From NCBI GenBank assembly GCA_964489015.1, contig CAZAXD010000001.1, forward strand, positions 168,532 through 232,531: a stretch of DNA of 64,000 nucleotides. The letters are read 5' to 3'. Of this stretch, positions 1-10,120 are shown one piece after another. Position 1 is the stretch's first letter, and each line of letters begins with the position of its first letter. Source of the DNA: an uncultured Sphingobacterium sp. (lineage in GTDB: Bacteria > Bacteroidota > Bacteroidia > SpSt-205). The position numbers and the translations under genes are program-made. Under the pieces are notes generated by a model, which saw nothing but the letters and a program-made list of their open reading frames with translations, was not told the origin of the DNA and searched no databases.

Positions 1-236
1 TCCGGGTCTTCCCCAAGAAGGGCCTTGCTATTGTAGAGGGCATTGCCCTTATCAAAAAGCACGTGCGTAAAAGTCAGCGCTACCCCCAAGGCGGTGTCAT
101 CGAGGTCGAGCGTCCTATCCCAGTGTGTAAGCTGCAGGTGATTGATCCGGCTACGGGTAAGCCTACCCGTAGCGGCCGTCGTCTTGAAAATGGCCAGTGG
201 GTTCGTTACAGTAAAAAGAGTGGTAAAACCTTATGA
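1..236 (+). CDS. rplX: 50S ribosomal protein L24, C-terminal part (5' end outside window)
   Basis: Frame ending at TGA 234-236 translates to ...[60 protein letters not shown], typical of the L24 C-terminus. Its stop overlaps the rplE ATG (ATGA). Confidence 0.8.
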   Translation, partial: RVFPKKGLAIVEGIALIKKHVRKSQRYPQGGVIEVERPIPVCKLQVIDPATGKPTRSGRRLENGQWVRYSKKSGKTL

Positions 237-808
237 GCTACGTACCGAGTCTTCTTCGATTATACCGAGAAACGGTCGTTCCGGCCCTTATGAAGGATTT
301 GGGCTACAAGAATATCATGCAGGTTCCGCGCATTGAAAAGATCGTAGTTTCACGCGGGGTAGGTGCGGCCGTTTCTGATAAAAAACTGCTTGAGCAAGCG
401 GTAGAGGAACTAGGGCTTATTACTGGACAAAAGCCTGTTATCGCTCTCTCTCGTAAAGACGTGGCTGGCTTTAAGCTCCGCAAGCGCATGCCTATCGGCG
501 TGAAGGTCACTTTGCGGGGGGCGCGCATGTATGAGTTTCTGGAGCGGCTGATTCATGTGGCGCTACCCCGTACCCGAGACTTTCGGGGCATTTCCCCGAA
601 CGGCTTTGATGGGCACGGTAATTACAATCTAGGTATTCGGGAGCAGCTTGTTTTTCCTGAAATTGACATTGACCGGATCTATAAGATTGCGGGGATGGAT
701 GTCACGATTGTAACAAGTGCTAAGAGCGATCGAGAAGCCTACGAGCTCCTCAAGGGCTTGGGATTGCCCTTTAGTGAAGGTTTGCCAGAAAAAAAGAAAA
801 AAGCATAA
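233..808 (+). CDS. rplE: 50S ribosomal protein L5
   Basis: 191-aa ORF showing L5 family similarity; its position after rplX matches the conserved spc operon. Confidence 0.95.
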   Translation: MSYVPSLLRLYRETVVPALMKDLGYKNIMQVPRIEKIVVSRGVGAAVSDKKLLEQAVEELGLITGQKPVIALSRKDVAGFKLRKRMPIGVKVTLRGARMYEFLERLIHVALPRTRDFRGISPNGFDGHGNYNLGIREQLVFPEIDIDRIYKIAGMDVTIVTSAKSDREAYELLKGLGLPFSEGLPEKKKKA

Positions 809-811
809 GAT

Positions 812-1081
812 ATGGCGACAGATGCTGTCATAGCGCGTGAGCGTAAACGTTGGAAGCTCTACCGTAAATACGCAGCTAAACGCGCGGCCCTGAAAAAGGC
901 CGGAGAATGGGAAAAGCTAGTCCTTCTGCCCAAAAACTCTTCCCCTGTACGGCTTCGCTTTCGATGTCAGCTGACAGGCCGGCCTCGGGGTAATTACTTT
1001 GCATTAGGACTTTGTCGTGTAAAACTCCGGGAGCTTGCCCTCGAAGGTAAGATACCCGGCATGCACAAAGCGAGTTGGTGA
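812..1081 (+). CDS. rpsN: 30S ribosomal protein S14
   Basis: 89-aa ORF ending ...[24 protein letters not shown], the S14 C-terminal signature. Confidence 0.93.
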   Translation: MATDAVIARERKRWKLYRKYAAKRAALKKAGEWEKLVLLPKNSSPVRLRFRCQLTGRPRGNYFALGLCRVKLRELALEGKIPGMHKASW

Positions 1082-1082
1082 T

Positions 1083-1472
1083 ATGGATACGATAGGAGAT
1101 TTTTTGACGCGGTTGCGTAACGCCTACCGGGCGAGACATCCCTATGTAGAAGTGCAGGCGTCGCGCACCCGAACGGCGATAGCTCAGATCCTGAAAGATC
1201 AGGGCTATGTGGCGGACTACCAGGTGCGCGAAGAGGGACCTAAGCGCTACCTTCGAGTCCTGCTGCGTTATGGGCCTCGGGGACAAGCTGCGCTCAAGGC
1301 TGTCACCCGTTATAGTAAGCCCGGGCGTCGCCTGTATGCGCCAGCCGGTAAGCTGCCCGAAGTGGCCAACGGTTTGGGTATTGCTATCATTTCTACCTCT
1401 CAAGGCATTATGACCGATAAAGAGGCCCGGATTCGGGGTATCGGTGGTGAAATCCTTTGTTTAGTCGAATAG
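1083..1472 (+). CDS. rpsH: 30S ribosomal protein S8
   Basis: Internal ATG at 1083 gives MDTIGDFLTRLRNA..., the S8 N-terminal motif. The longer upstream extension in the ORF track overlaps rpsN. Confidence 0.93.
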   Translation: MDTIGDFLTRLRNAYRARHPYVEVQASRTRTAIAQILKDQGYVADYQVREEGPKRYLRVLLRYGPRGQAALKAVTRYSKPGRRLYAPAGKLPEVANGLGIAIISTSQGIMTDKEARIRGIGGEILCLVE

Positions 1473-1475
1473 CCT

Positions 1476-2039
1476 ATGTCTCGCATTGGAAAGTTACCTA
1501 TACCTGTGCCGTCCACAGTCAAGGTGGACTGGACGCCGCCTCTCCTAAAAGTCAAAGGTCCAAAGGGCGAATTGGCGCTAACGTTGGGGCCCGGTTTCGA
1601 TCTGCAGCAGGCCTCTAACGCGCTCCACGTGGTGCGTCCCTCCGATGAAAAACATCATAAAGCCCTGCATGGTACCTACCGGGCATTGATTCACAACTTG
1701 ATTCTGGGGGTTTCAGAAGGATTTACGCGGACGCTTGAGATCGTGGGGGTCGGTTATCGCGTGGAGAAGAAAGCCGAAAATCTTTTACTTTTTACCTTAG
1801 GCTACTCCCATGAGATTGCGGTGGTCTTGCCGCCAGGTCTCAAGGCCGAGGTGATTCAAGAACGCGGGCAAAACCTCCAACTCCAGCTTTCAGGCATAGA
1901 CAAGCAGCTTGTCACGCAGATGGCCTCTGTGATTCGGGGCTTGCGTCCACCGGATCCTTACAAAGGCAAGGGGATACGTTATCAGGGCGAGGTGCTGAGC
2001 CTCCGTCAAGGTAAAGCCAAAGGCAAGGGCAAAAAGTAA
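1476..2039 (+). CDS. rplF: 50S ribosomal protein L6
   Basis: 187 aa beginning MSRIGKLPIPVP..., L6 family. Confidence 0.93.
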   Translation: MSRIGKLPIPVPSTVKVDWTPPLLKVKGPKGELALTLGPGFDLQQASNALHVVRPSDEKHHKALHGTYRALIHNLILGVSEGFTRTLEIVGVGYRVEKKAENLLLFTLGYSHEIAVVLPPGLKAEVIQERGQNLQLQLSGIDKQLVTQMASVIRGLRPPDPYKGKGIRYQGEVLSLRQGKAKGKGKK

Positions 2040-2045
2040 TCGGTT

Positions 2046-2405
2046 ATGAACATCACTAAAAAGATTTTACATAGGCTTCGGATCAAAAAACGAATTCGGA
2101 AAAAGGTTTCCGGTACGCCGGAGCGGCCGCGGCTCACCGTCTTTCGGAGTAATCGCTATGTCTATGCGCAGCTTATTGATGATGTGCATGGGCGCACTTT
2201 AGCGCAGGCTTCTTCTCGAGAAACGGCGATTGCGACCCAGAGCCTTTCTCGGATGGAAAAGAGTCGCGCCGTGGGGCAGCTCCTGGCTCAGCGTGCGCAG
2301 GAAAAGGGTATTACCCAGGTTGTCTTTGATCGAAATGGCTATAAATATCACGGGCACGTTTGGGAAATAGCCGAAGGCGCTCGGGCAAACGGTTTAGCAT
2401 TTTAG
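2046..2405 (+). CDS. rplR: 50S ribosomal protein L18
   Basis: 119 aa containing [18 protein letters not shown], an L18 motif. Confidence 0.93.
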   Translation: MNITKKILHRLRIKKRIRKKVSGTPERPRLTVFRSNRYVYAQLIDDVHGRTLAQASSRETAIATQSLSRMEKSRAVGQLLAQRAQEKGITQVVFDRNGYKYHGHVWEIAEGARANGLAF

Positions 2406-2407
2406 GT

Positions 2408-2953
2408 ATGGCAAAGCGTGTGACTTCTCGGGAGGTTTCGGCCTTGATAGATCGGTTAGTCGATCTAAATCGAACGGCTAAAGTCGTCAAAGGTGGGCGT
2501 CGATTTGGCTTTGCGGCGCTCGTGGTAGTCGGTGATCAAAAGGGGATCGTCGGGTTTGGGTTAGGCAAGGCCAAAGAGGCTAATGACGCGATTCAGAAAG
2601 GCATCGATGCCGCGAAAAAGAACCTATATCGCGTGCCCCTTCGCAAAACGACGATTCCGCATACGGTCTCGGTCAAATACGAATCGACGCGCCTGATTCT
2701 CAAGCCAGCAGCGCCCGGTACGGGTCTCATTGCAGGGGGAGCCGTTCGGGCTGTACTCGAGGCCGCTGGCGTTAAAGACGTTTTGGCGAAAGTGATCGGC
2801 TCTTCTAATCCGCATAACGTCGTGCGCGCTACCATCAAAGCGCTCTTCCAGCTCGAAGACGCTGTGAGTGTGGCCCAGCGTCGTCAATTGCCGCTCAAGA
2901 AAGTATTCACAGGAAGCTATGAAGCCGCGAGTACGGATAACGCAAGTGCGTAG
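2408..2953 (+). CDS. rpsE: 30S ribosomal protein S5
   Basis: Start [10 protein letters not shown] at ATG 2408, just after the rplR stop. Contains the S5 dsRBD and S5 C-terminal domain motifs ([15 protein letters not shown]..). Confidence 0.92.
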   Translation: MAKRVTSREVSALIDRLVDLNRTAKVVKGGRRFGFAALVVVGDQKGIVGFGLGKAKEANDAIQKGIDAAKKNLYRVPLRKTTIPHTVSVKYESTRLILKPAAPGTGLIAGGAVRAVLEAAGVKDVLAKVIGSSNPHNVVRATIKALFQLEDAVSVAQRRQLPLKKVFTGSYEAASTDNASA

Positions 2954-3101
2954 TGCGATAGGCTGCCCACGGACTCAGAAGGCCACCCTTCGGGCCTTAG
3001 GGCTTCGCCATCGTCATCATACCATCGAAAAAGAAGTCGATAAGGCCATCTTAGGCATGTTACGGCGAGTCGTCCATTTAGTTAAAATCGAGCAAGTATG
3101 A
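2919..3101 (+). CDS. rpmD: 50S ribosomal protein L30
   Basis: [39 protein letters not shown]... is the L30 consensus. The start lies inside the rpsE 3' end, a 35-nt overlap. Confidence 0.85.
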   Translation: MKPRVRITQVRSAIGCPRTQKATLRALGLRHRHHTIEKEVDKAILGMLRRVVHLVKIEQV

Positions 3102-3562
3102 GTCGCTTACTACATCAACTTCGGCCGGCGGCAGGAGCGACGCACGCCGAGAAGCGCCTCGGTCGGGGCGAAGGCAGCGGCCATGGAAAAACTTCCTCGC
3201 GCGGGCACAAGGGCGGTCAGTCGCGCTCTGGCTATCGTATCAAGCGCGGCTTTGAAGGCGGACAAATGCCTTATCAGCGCCGCATCCCTAAGTTTGGATT
3301 TCGGAATCCTTTCCGGGTAGCGTATGCCCCGCTGTCGTTGACGCGTATTAACCACCTTCTGGAAACCCATGCCGATCTGACGCATATTACGCCGGATTGG
3401 CTGGTAACGCACCGAGTGGTTCGACCGGGCCTTCCTATTAAGGTATTAGGTAAGGCGCCTCTTGTGCGGGCGGTTACGATAGAAGCCCATCGCTTTAGTA
3501 TGGGGGCCCGCCAAGCCATTGAATCCAGCGGCGGAAAAGCTGTATCTTTGAGCGGTTCATGA
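3098..3562 (+). CDS. rplO: 50S ribosomal protein L15
   Basis: 154 aa with Gly/Arg-rich L15 N-terminus (GRGEGSGHGKTSSRGHKGG). Confidence 0.93.
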   Translation: MSRLLHQLRPAAGATHAEKRLGRGEGSGHGKTSSRGHKGGQSRSGYRIKRGFEGGQMPYQRRIPKFGFRNPFRVAYAPLSLTRINHLLETHADLTHITPDWLVTHRVVRPGLPIKVLGKAPLVRAVTIEAHRFSMGARQAIESSGGKAVSLSGS

Positions 3563-4899
3563 GAGAGCTCATCCAGACCCTGCGGAATATCTTTAGTATT
3601 CCTGAGCTGCGGGAGCGTATCCTGTATACGCTATTCCTCTTAGCCATTTACCGCTTTGCTTCTTTCGTCATCTTACCAGGGATTGATTCGCAGGTGTTGT
3701 CGGAGGAATTTGCCCGTACGCAAGGCATGGGAATCCTAGGGCTACTGAATGCCTTTGTGGGAGGGGCTTTTTCGCGAGGCGCCATCCTAGCCCTAGGTAT
3801 CATGCCCTATATTTCCGCTTCGATTATTATCCAGCTCTTGACTGCAGCCCTGCCTAGCCTGCAAAAACTTCAAAAGGAAGGAGAGAGCGGCACGCGCAAG
3901 CTCAATCAGTATACTAAATTTTTGACCGTTGCTGTCGTGCTTGTGCAGGGCTCTGGCTATCTGGTGAACCTCCGAACCCAGTATGCTCCGGCTATCACGA
4001 TGTCAACGGGGCTTTTTACCGTTACAGCGCTGACGGCCATGCTGGCAGGCACCATGTTTTTAGTGTGGGTAGCGGACAAGATCACCGACAAAGGCATCGG
4101 CAATGGTAGCTCGATGATCATTGCGATAGGGATCGTGGCGGAACTGCCGCCGGCGCTCATGAACGAGCTTACGTCAAATGCGCCCATGGTCTTTTATATC
4201 GAGCTCCTAGCCCTTATGGTGGTGATTATGCTGGTGGTGCTGCTTCAGCAGGCCTCCCGGAAAATCCCCGTTCATTATGCCCGTCAGATGATGGGAGGGC
4301 GTTATCCTACGGGTATAGGGGGTGTGGCTTCGACGAGTCATATCCCGCTCAAGCTTATGTCCGCGGGTGTGATGCCGATCATCTTTGCCCAGTCTTTGAT
4401 GTTTCTGCCGGCGACGATCGCGCAGTATTTCCCTGAGAGTGATTTCTGGCTGGCGACAGGCAGCTGGTTTGCCGATTATACCAGCATTCCATACAATATC
4501 TTGTTTATTGGGCTGATCGTGCTCTTTACCTATTTTTACACGGCTATTGTGATCAATCCTCGTGATATTGCTGAGCAGCTCAAGCGCGGCGGGGGCTACA
4601 TTCCTGGCATCAAACCAGGAAAGCCCACGGCAGATTACATAGACACGGTTTTGACGCGGATTACATTACCCGGTTCGTTAGCGCTGGCCGGTATTGCGAT
4701 TTTGCCGGCCCTAGTGCGCTCGCTAGGGGTGTCTAATCAGTTCGCACAATTTTTTGGAGGTACTACCATTTTGATTATGATAGGGGTTGTCCTGGATACG
4801 CTTCAGCAGATCGAGAGCTTTATGCTCATGCGTCACTACGAGGGGCTTATGAAGACAGGGCGTATCCGAGGGCGTGCGGCGATTAGAGGGGCTGTATGA
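3559..4899 (+). CDS. secY: preprotein translocase subunit SecY
   Basis: 446 aa, 10-TM protein with the SecY signature. Position after rplO is conserved. Confidence 0.95.
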   Translation: MRELIQTLRNIFSIPELRERILYTLFLLAIYRFASFVILPGIDSQVLSEEFARTQGMGILGLLNAFVGGAFSRGAILALGIMPYISASIIIQLLTAALPSLQKLQKEGESGTRKLNQYTKFLTVAVVLVQGSGYLVNLRTQYAPAITMSTGLFTVTALTAMLAGTMFLVWVADKITDKGIGNGSSMIIAIGIVAELPPALMNELTSNAPMVFYIELLALMVVIMLVVLLQQASRKIPVHYARQMMGGRYPTGIGGVASTSHIPLKLMSAGVMPIIFAQSLMFLPATIAQYFPESDFWLATGSWFADYTSIPYNILFIGLIVLFTYFYTAIVINPRDIAEQLKRGGGYIPGIKPGKPTADYIDTVLTRITLPGSLALAGIAILPALVRSLGVSNQFAQFFGGTTILIMIGVVLDTLQQIESFMLMRHYEGLMKTGRIRGRAAIRGAV

Positions 4900-5711
4900 G
4901 GGTAGAAGAGTGGCCTATTTACGGTGAGACGGAGGTGGCTAAGATCGCAGCGGCCGCAGATATTCTCAGCCGATTATTTGGTCACCTGGCTCCCCATGTG
5001 CGTCCGGGGGTATCAACCCTCGAGCTAGATCAGATGGCAGAAGCGTTTATTCGACGAGAGGGCGCATACCCCGCCTTCAAGGGCTATCATCCACCTTTTG
5101 GCCATGAGCCCTATCCCTATACCCTTTGCATCTCTATCGACCATGAAGTCGTACATGGTTTGCCGGCTCCGGATAAGGTCCTTAGGCCGGGACAGATCGT
5201 TTCGATTGATTGTGGGGTAAACCTAGAAGGATTTCATGCGGATATGGCGTACACGTTTGGGGTGGGTATGATTAGTCCCTTGGCTACCCGTCTGCTAGCA
5301 GTGACCCAAGAGGCGCTATGGCGTGGGATTGCAGAGGCGAAAGCAGGGGCTTATGTGGGGGATATTGGTTACACCATCTCGACATTTGTAAAAAACTATA
5401 CCTTTGCCGTGGCTGAAAGCTTAACTGGACACGGTTTGGGACGCGCTATGCATATGCCACCGGACATCCCTAATGTAGGCAAGCCTCGTCGTGGTCCTCG
5501 CCTAGTGGAAGGGCTGGTCATCGCTATTGAACCCATGGTGCATACCGGCAAAAAGTACATTCGCCAGGCGGCGGATGGTTGGACTATCGAGACAGAGGAC
5601 CGCTCGCTGGCCGCGCATTTTGAGCATACCCTTGTCGTCCGAAAAGACAAGCCTCAGGTGCTCACCTCCTTCGAACCCATCCAAAGAGCCCTCGCGTATG
5701 TCGAAAGATGA
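4896..5711 (+). CDS. map: type I methionine aminopeptidase
   Basis: 271 aa, MetAP pita-bread fold motifs. Lies between secY and infA as in many bacteria. Confidence 0.9.
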   Translation: MRVEEWPIYGETEVAKIAAAADILSRLFGHLAPHVRPGVSTLELDQMAEAFIRREGAYPAFKGYHPPFGHEPYPYTLCISIDHEVVHGLPAPDKVLRPGQIVSIDCGVNLEGFHADMAYTFGVGMISPLATRLLAVTQEALWRGIAEAKAGAYVGDIGYTISTFVKNYTFAVAESLTGHGLGRAMHMPPDIPNVGKPRRGPRLVEGLVIAIEPMVHTGKKYIRQAADGWTIETEDRSLAAHFEHTLVVRKDKPQVLTSFEPIQRALAYVER

Positions 5712-5916
5712 TTTTATTCGGATGGACGGCAAGATCACAGAAGCGTTGCCCAACGCTATGTTTCGCGTGGAGCTGGAGAATGGTCATCAGGTCCTAGCGC
5801 ACTTATCGGGTAAAATGCGCAAGTACTTCATCCGTATCTTTCCAGGTGATCGGGTGACCGTGGAAATCTCGCCTTATGACCTCAGTAAAGGCCGTATCAT
5901 TTATCGCTATAAATAG
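5698..5916 (+). CDS. infA: translation initiation factor IF-1
   Basis: ATG at 5698 gives [72 protein letters not shown] (72 aa, IF-1 S1 domain). The longer ORF in the track is an upstream extension overlapping map. Confidence 0.92.
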   Translation: MSKDDFIRMDGKITEALPNAMFRVELENGHQVLAHLSGKMRKYFIRIFPGDRVTVEISPYDLSKGRIIYRYK

Positions 5917-5925
5917 AATCAGACT

Positions 5926-6042
5926 ATGAAGGTAAAGACTTCTGTACGTAAGCGGACGCCAGACTGCATCGTCGTTAGACGAAAAGGGCGCGTCTATATT
6001 ATCAGCAAGAAAAACCCGAAACACAAACAAAGACAAGGTTAG
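5926..6042 (+). CDS. rpmJ: 50S ribosomal protein L36
   Basis: 38-aa [41 protein letters not shown], absent from the ORF track because it is under 60 aa. C-terminus ...[13 protein letters not shown] fits the L36 consensus, and it sits between infA and rpsM. Confidence 0.88.
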   Translation: MKVKTSVRKRTPDCIVVRRKGRVYIISKKNPKHKQRQG

Positions 6043-6043
6043 C

Positions 6044-6424
6044 ATGGCACGGGTAGCAGGTGTGGATTTACCACGGAATAAGCCGGGCTTTATTGCGCTG
6101 CGCTATATTTATGGTATAGGGCGTAGTAATGCTTGGGAGGTGCTGGCAGAAGCGGGGATCGACCCGCGTAAGCGCGTTTCGGCTTGGACCGAAGACGAAG
6201 TCGCTCGGTTGCGAACTGTCCTCGAGCAGAAATATACCGTAGAAGGGCAGCTGAGGACGGAAGTGCAAATGAATATTAGGCGCCTCATCGAGATTGGGTG
6301 TTATCGGGGCCTTCGTCACAAATCGGGGCTTCCAGTCCGAGGCCAAAGGACTCGTACAAACGCCCGAACCCGAAAAGGGCGTCGAAAAACTGTCGCTGGT
6401 AAGAAAAAAGCTCCACGTAAATAA
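6044..6424 (+). CDS. rpsM: 30S ribosomal protein S13
   Basis: 126 aa beginning [13 protein letters not shown]..., S13. Confidence 0.95.
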   Translation: MARVAGVDLPRNKPGFIALRYIYGIGRSNAWEVLAEAGIDPRKRVSAWTEDEVARLRTVLEQKYTVEGQLRTEVQMNIRRLIEIGCYRGLRHKSGLPVRGQRTRTNARTRKGRRKTVAGKKKAPRK

Positions 6425-6427
6425 CCT

Positions 6428-6820
6428 ATGATGGCCGTTTCTAAAGAAACCACTCGTCGTAAAAAGATTCGTGTCGCACCGGAAGGGCGAGTGTACGTTC
6501 AAGCTACGTTTAATAATATCATTATTACGTTTACCGATACAGCGGGGAATGTGATCGCCTGGAGCTCGGCAGGAAAAGTCGGCTTTCGAGGCGCCAAGAA
6601 AAATACGCCTTATGCGGGGCAGGTGGCAGCCCAAGATGCGGCTAAAGTCGCTTACGAAGCAGGGCTGCGCACGGTAGACGCTTTCCTAAAAGGTACGGGG
6701 GCTGGCCGCGAGGCCGCATTACGGGCGATCGACAGCCTTGGCATTCAAGTTCGGGCGATCCAAGACATTACGCCGATTCCGCACAACGGCTGCCGCCCGC
6801 CTAAACCTCGAAGAGTCTAA
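6428..6820 (+). CDS. rpsK: 30S ribosomal protein S11
   Basis: 130 aa containing ..[24 protein letters not shown].., S11. Confidence 0.95.
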   Translation: MMAVSKETTRRKKIRVAPEGRVYVQATFNNIIITFTDTAGNVIAWSSAGKVGFRGAKKNTPYAGQVAAQDAAKVAYEAGLRTVDAFLKGTGAGREAALRAIDSLGIQVRAIQDITPIPHNGCRPPKPRRV

Positions 6821-6824
6821 GCCT

Positions 6825-7427
6825 ATGGCACGCTATACAGGACCTCGACAAAAGATTGCACGGCGGTATCGAGAACCGCTCTTTGGTCCCTCTCGGGCCC
6901 TCAGTCGCAAGAATTATCCACCCGGTCAGCATGGCCGTTTTAAGCGCGGTAAGCTAAGTGAATACGGGATTCAACTGATGGAAAAGCAGAAAGCTAAGTT
7001 TATTTACGGTTTGCTCGAGCGGCAGTTTCGGCGGTTCTTTGCCATCGCTTCTCGCATGAAGGGCAATACGGGTGAAAACCTTTTGCAGCTGCTGGAGCGA
7101 CGCCTTGACAATGTGGTGTATCGCCTGGGCTTTGCTCGCACGCGTCCGATGGCTCGTCAGCTTGTTTCCCACGGCCATATTCTTGTGAATGGTCGCCCCG
7201 TCACCATCCCGTCTTTCCTAGTCAAGCCCGGCACGGTGATAACCCTGGCACCCAAAGCCCGTGAGGTGGAGGCCTTGCGTAAGGTCTGGGAAGATAGTCG
7301 TAGCCAACACGCTTGGCTTGAAGTACGCAAGCCAGACTTTAGCGGGATATTTCTCTATGTGCCCGCTCGGGCTGAAATACCAGAAAATATTCAAGAACGT
7401 CTCATCGTCGAGCTATACTCGAAATAA
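6825..7427 (+). CDS. rpsD: 30S ribosomal protein S4
   Basis: ATG at 6825 gives [15 protein letters not shown]... (S4 N-terminus). The upstream extension in the ORF track overlaps rpsK. Confidence 0.93.
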   Translation: MARYTGPRQKIARRYREPLFGPSRALSRKNYPPGQHGRFKRGKLSEYGIQLMEKQKAKFIYGLLERQFRRFFAIASRMKGNTGENLLQLLERRLDNVVYRLGFARTRPMARQLVSHGHILVNGRPVTIPSFLVKPGTVITLAPKAREVEALRKVWEDSRSQHAWLEVRKPDFSGIFLYVPARAEIPENIQERLIVELYSK

Positions 7428-7430
7428 CCT

Positions 7431-8435
7431 ATGGCGAAGCTCTTATCCGCACCGATTGTTTTACCGCAAGGCGTCGAAGTCGTTTCTGAGACGCCCTACT
7501 TGAGTAGGTATGTGTTTCGACCCTTGGAGGCTGGGTATGGTGCTACGATTGGCAATGCCCTGAGGCGGGTACTTCTCTCCTCGATAGAAGGGTATGCCAT
7601 TGTATCCCTCAAAGTGCCTGGTGTCCTGCATGAGTTTAGTACGATCCCCGGTGTCATTGAGGATGTGGTGGATATCGTGCTCAATCTCAAGCAGGTAGCG
7701 CTGCGGCCGCGTCACGAAAAAGCAGCTACGCGCCTCTTTCTGGAAATAAAAGGGCTTTCTGTCTTTACAGCGGGTGACATCGCTAATCAAGCGCCTGACT
7801 ATGAAGTAGCTAACCCCGATCTCGTGATCATGCACCTGGATCCAGATGCCCGTGTCCAGATGGAGCTCCAAGTGGCGCGCGGCCGGGGATATCACTTGGC
7901 AGAGGAGAATAAACAAATCCTCCGCGATACACTCGAGCCCCATGAGATTGTGCTTGATACGAGCTTTTCGCCGGTGCTGCGGGTGGTACCTCGGGTAGAG
8001 ACCATGCTCTATGAAGGGCGTGCCGACTACGAACAGCTCTTTTTGGAGATCGAAACCAAGGGGACGATTGCGCCCAGAAAAGCCTTGGCGGAAGCCGTGG
8101 ATATCTTACTAGCCCACTTCAACCGGTTTGGAGACAGGGGGTCCCGTGCGGGTTTGGCTTCCGAGCCTCACATCCAGTCGGTGGCCGATTTTTTGGCGTT
8201 GTCCCTCGAAGACTCGCCTTTGGCGAGCGTCCTGGATGCGGCGACTACTCGTGCCTTCTATAGTAAGGGGATTCGGCGCGTGATAGATCTCGTGGCCCTT
8301 TCCCCCAAGGAGATAGAGAAGTTTTATCCTCGTATCGGCAAAAAGACCCTGGAAGATATCCAGCGCATCATCGGGGATCGCAGCCTCAAGCTCGGTATGG
8401 ATGTATCTAATTATCGAAACCTCATTCCTTCGTAG
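7431..8435 (+). CDS. rpoA: DNA-directed RNA polymerase subunit alpha
   Basis: 334 aa with RpoA N-terminal dimerisation and C-terminal domain motifs. Confidence 0.95.
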   Translation: MAKLLSAPIVLPQGVEVVSETPYLSRYVFRPLEAGYGATIGNALRRVLLSSIEGYAIVSLKVPGVLHEFSTIPGVIEDVVDIVLNLKQVALRPRHEKAATRLFLEIKGLSVFTAGDIANQAPDYEVANPDLVIMHLDPDARVQMELQVARGRGYHLAEENKQILRDTLEPHEIVLDTSFSPVLRVVPRVETMLYEGRADYEQLFLEIETKGTIAPRKALAEAVDILLAHFNRFGDRGSRAGLASEPHIQSVADFLALSLEDSPLASVLDAATTRAFYSKGIRRVIDLVALSPKEIEKFYPRIGKKTLEDIQRIIGDRSLKLGMDVSNYRNLIPS

Positions 8436-8437
8436 TT

Positions 8438-8860
8438 ATGCGGCACGGTGACAAAGTCAATAACTTAGGGCGCAAAAAAGCACATCGCAAAGCCCTCCTA
8501 CGTAATTTAGCCCTCTCTTTGATTCAGCACAAGCGACTGATTACGACGGTGGCGAAGGCGAAGGCCTTACGTCGGTTCATAGAACCGCTGCTGACCCGGG
8601 CTAAGCAAGACACCCTCACGAATAGGCGGGTTCTCTTCTCGTATCTGCACCATAAGCAGGCCATCAAGGAGCTCTATAGCACGATAGGGCCGGCTATTTT
8701 GGATCGGCCAGGTGGGTATACCCGTGTGCTCAAGCTAGGCTTTCGACAAGGGGATGGCGCAGAAATGGCTTTGATAGAATTGGTAGACTTCAATCCTTTC
8801 TTGGGCCAGGAATCGCTTTCGCGTACCAAGAGCTCAGCGCGGCGCCGCCGGAATGCCTAA
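8438..8860 (+). CDS. rplQ: 50S ribosomal protein L17
   Basis: 140 aa beginning MRHGDKVNNLGRKKAHRKALLRNLA..., L17. Confidence 0.95.
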   Translation: MRHGDKVNNLGRKKAHRKALLRNLALSLIQHKRLITTVAKAKALRRFIEPLLTRAKQDTLTNRRVLFSYLHHKQAIKELYSTIGPAILDRPGGYTRVLKLGFRQGDGAEMALIELVDFNPFLGQESLSRTKSSARRRRNA

Positions 8861-8870
8861 TTTGACTTTA

Positions 8871-8944
8871 GGCCCCCTTAGCTCAGCGGTAGAGCAGCTG
8901 ATTTGTAATCAGCAGGTCGGCGGTTCGAATCCGTCAGGGGGCTC
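8871..8944 (+). tRNA. tRNA-Thr (anticodon UGU)
   Basis: Cloverleaf read by hand. Acceptor stem GGCCCCC/GGGGGCT, D-arm AGCTCAGCGGTAGAGC, anticodon stem GCTGA/TCAGC with loop TTTGTAA (anticodon TGT), T-arm GGTTCGAATCC. CCA is not encoded. Confidence 0.85.
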
Positions 8945-9586
8945 TTGCTGTTTTTGCAACTTACTACTGCTAGCTGGTACACCTATCGCTTGCTTTACGG
9001 TTTTCCTTCCGGCTTAGGGTTGCAGGGCATTCTCCACCACCGGCAGATAGCGGGAAAGCCGGCTCTGTCCTTTCTGGCAGGTGCGCTGGAATACCACTGG
9101 AGCCACTTCTATCTACACCTAAGTTCGCGTCTAGAGCAGGGTTTTGTGCGTGGCCGACCGAATGGCTGGCAAAGTCGAGTATTTGGGATGGTTTTCTGGC
9201 GTCAATCCTCTGCCCAGATTCTAACGGAACTGCGCCTGAGGTATGAGTATTTTTGGGATTGGGATGGTTTTTTCTCGGCGCATCAGCGCCTGCGCCCTGC
9301 TTTATTTATCAGCCATACTACCTGGCGTAGGATTCACCTGCAGTGTCAGATAGAGCCGATGTACTGGCTTAGCCATCGATGTTATGCCCCGTGGACAGTC
9401 AATCAGTGGCGGTTTTTTGGGATGGGGACCCTGCGGGGTGCCCGCTGGACGCTGCGGGCCGGTCCGGCTCTTTTTTATCAGGTGCAGCCGCGTGAAACGC
9501 AGCTTGTCCTAGTCCTAGAACTCCAATCCCGTATAAAGAAGCCCACCGCCAAAAGTATTTCCCCACCAGATCAAACTCTACATTGA
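8945..9586 (+). CDS. hypothetical Trp/Tyr-rich protein, possibly an outer-membrane beta-barrel-like remnant
   Basis: 213-aa ORF beginning with TTG immediately after the tRNA end. Rich in W, Y, F and R (YEYFWDWDGFF..). No ATG start and no signal peptide at this start. Its 3' end overlaps the convergent ribE by ~190 nt. Could be a degraded gene or spurious. Confidence 0.25.
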   Translation: MLFLQLTTASWYTYRLLYGFPSGLGLQGILHHRQIAGKPALSFLAGALEYHWSHFYLHLSSRLEQGFVRGRPNGWQSRVFGMVFWRQSSAQILTELRLRYEYFWDWDGFFSAHQRLRPALFISHTTWRRIHLQCQIEPMYWLSHRCYAPWTVNQWRFFGMGTLRGARWTLRAGPALFYQVQPRETQLVLVLELQSRIKKPTAKSISPPDQTLH

Positions 9587-10118
9587 CTCGCTCGCCCTGT
9601 CTGAGCTTGTGAAAGGTGGTCTGATGATACGTGTGGGGGATGATCGCCACCCGAAATGCACTTTCTGTGAGGGTGGCTACGGTCAGACTTACGCCATTGA
9701 GAGCGATCGACCCTTTCTCGACTACCAGATAAGCCCAGGCGGCCGGCAGCTCGAAAGTGAAATAGTAACTATCCTCACCTGCCTTTTCTATCTGAAGGAG
9801 GGTTAGAGTCGTGTCGACATGGCCTTGCACGAGGTGACCCTCCCAGCGACCGCCTAGGGAGAGGCTGCGCTCGAGATTAACAAAGTCGTTGAGTTCGAGC
9901 TGGCCTAAGGTGGTGCGACTTAGCGTTTCTCGGACTACTTCGACGCAGTAAAAGCGGTGCTTGATAGCGACGACGGTGAGACAAATGCCATTGTGCGCGA
10001 TACTCTGGCCGATCGATAGCTCTTGAATAAACGGTGCCTGGATCCAGAAGCGACGTCCGTTCGCAGTCGTTTCAATAGCTTGAACCGATCCTAGCGCCTC
10101 AATGATACCCGTAAACAT
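9399..10118 (-). CDS. ribE: riboflavin synthase alpha subunit with low-complexity C-terminal tail
   Basis: Begins MFTGIIEALGSVQAIE.. with two lumazine-binding repeats (riboflavin synthase). About 40 aa of Pro/Ala/Ser-rich C-terminal extension. Confidence 0.85.
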   Translation of the reverse strand: MFTGIIEALGSVQAIETTANGRRFWIQAPFIQELSIGQSIAHNGICLTVVAIKHRFYCVEVVRETLSRTTLGQLELNDFVNLERSLSLGGRWEGHLVQGHVDTTLTLLQIEKAGEDSYYFTFELPAAWAYLVVEKGSIALNGVSLTVATLTESAFRVAIIPHTYHQTTFHKLRQGERVNVEFDLVGKYFWRWASLYGIGVLGLGQAAFHAAAPDKKEPDRPAASSGHPAGSPSQKTATD

Positions 10119-10120
10119 AC

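Noticed and set aside
142-336. 64-aa ORF across the rplX/rplE junction
   Set aside because: It is out of frame with both homology-supported ribosomal protein genes.
7261-7503. 80-aa ORF overlapping the rpsD/rpoA junction
   Set aside because: It sits in an alternate frame over two conserved genes and has no supporting features.
8871-9400. Possible integrated mobile element or genomic island next to tRNA-Thr
   Set aside because: No integrase, transposase, direct repeat of the tRNA 3' end or phage genes were seen. Only a questionable ORF follows the tRNA.
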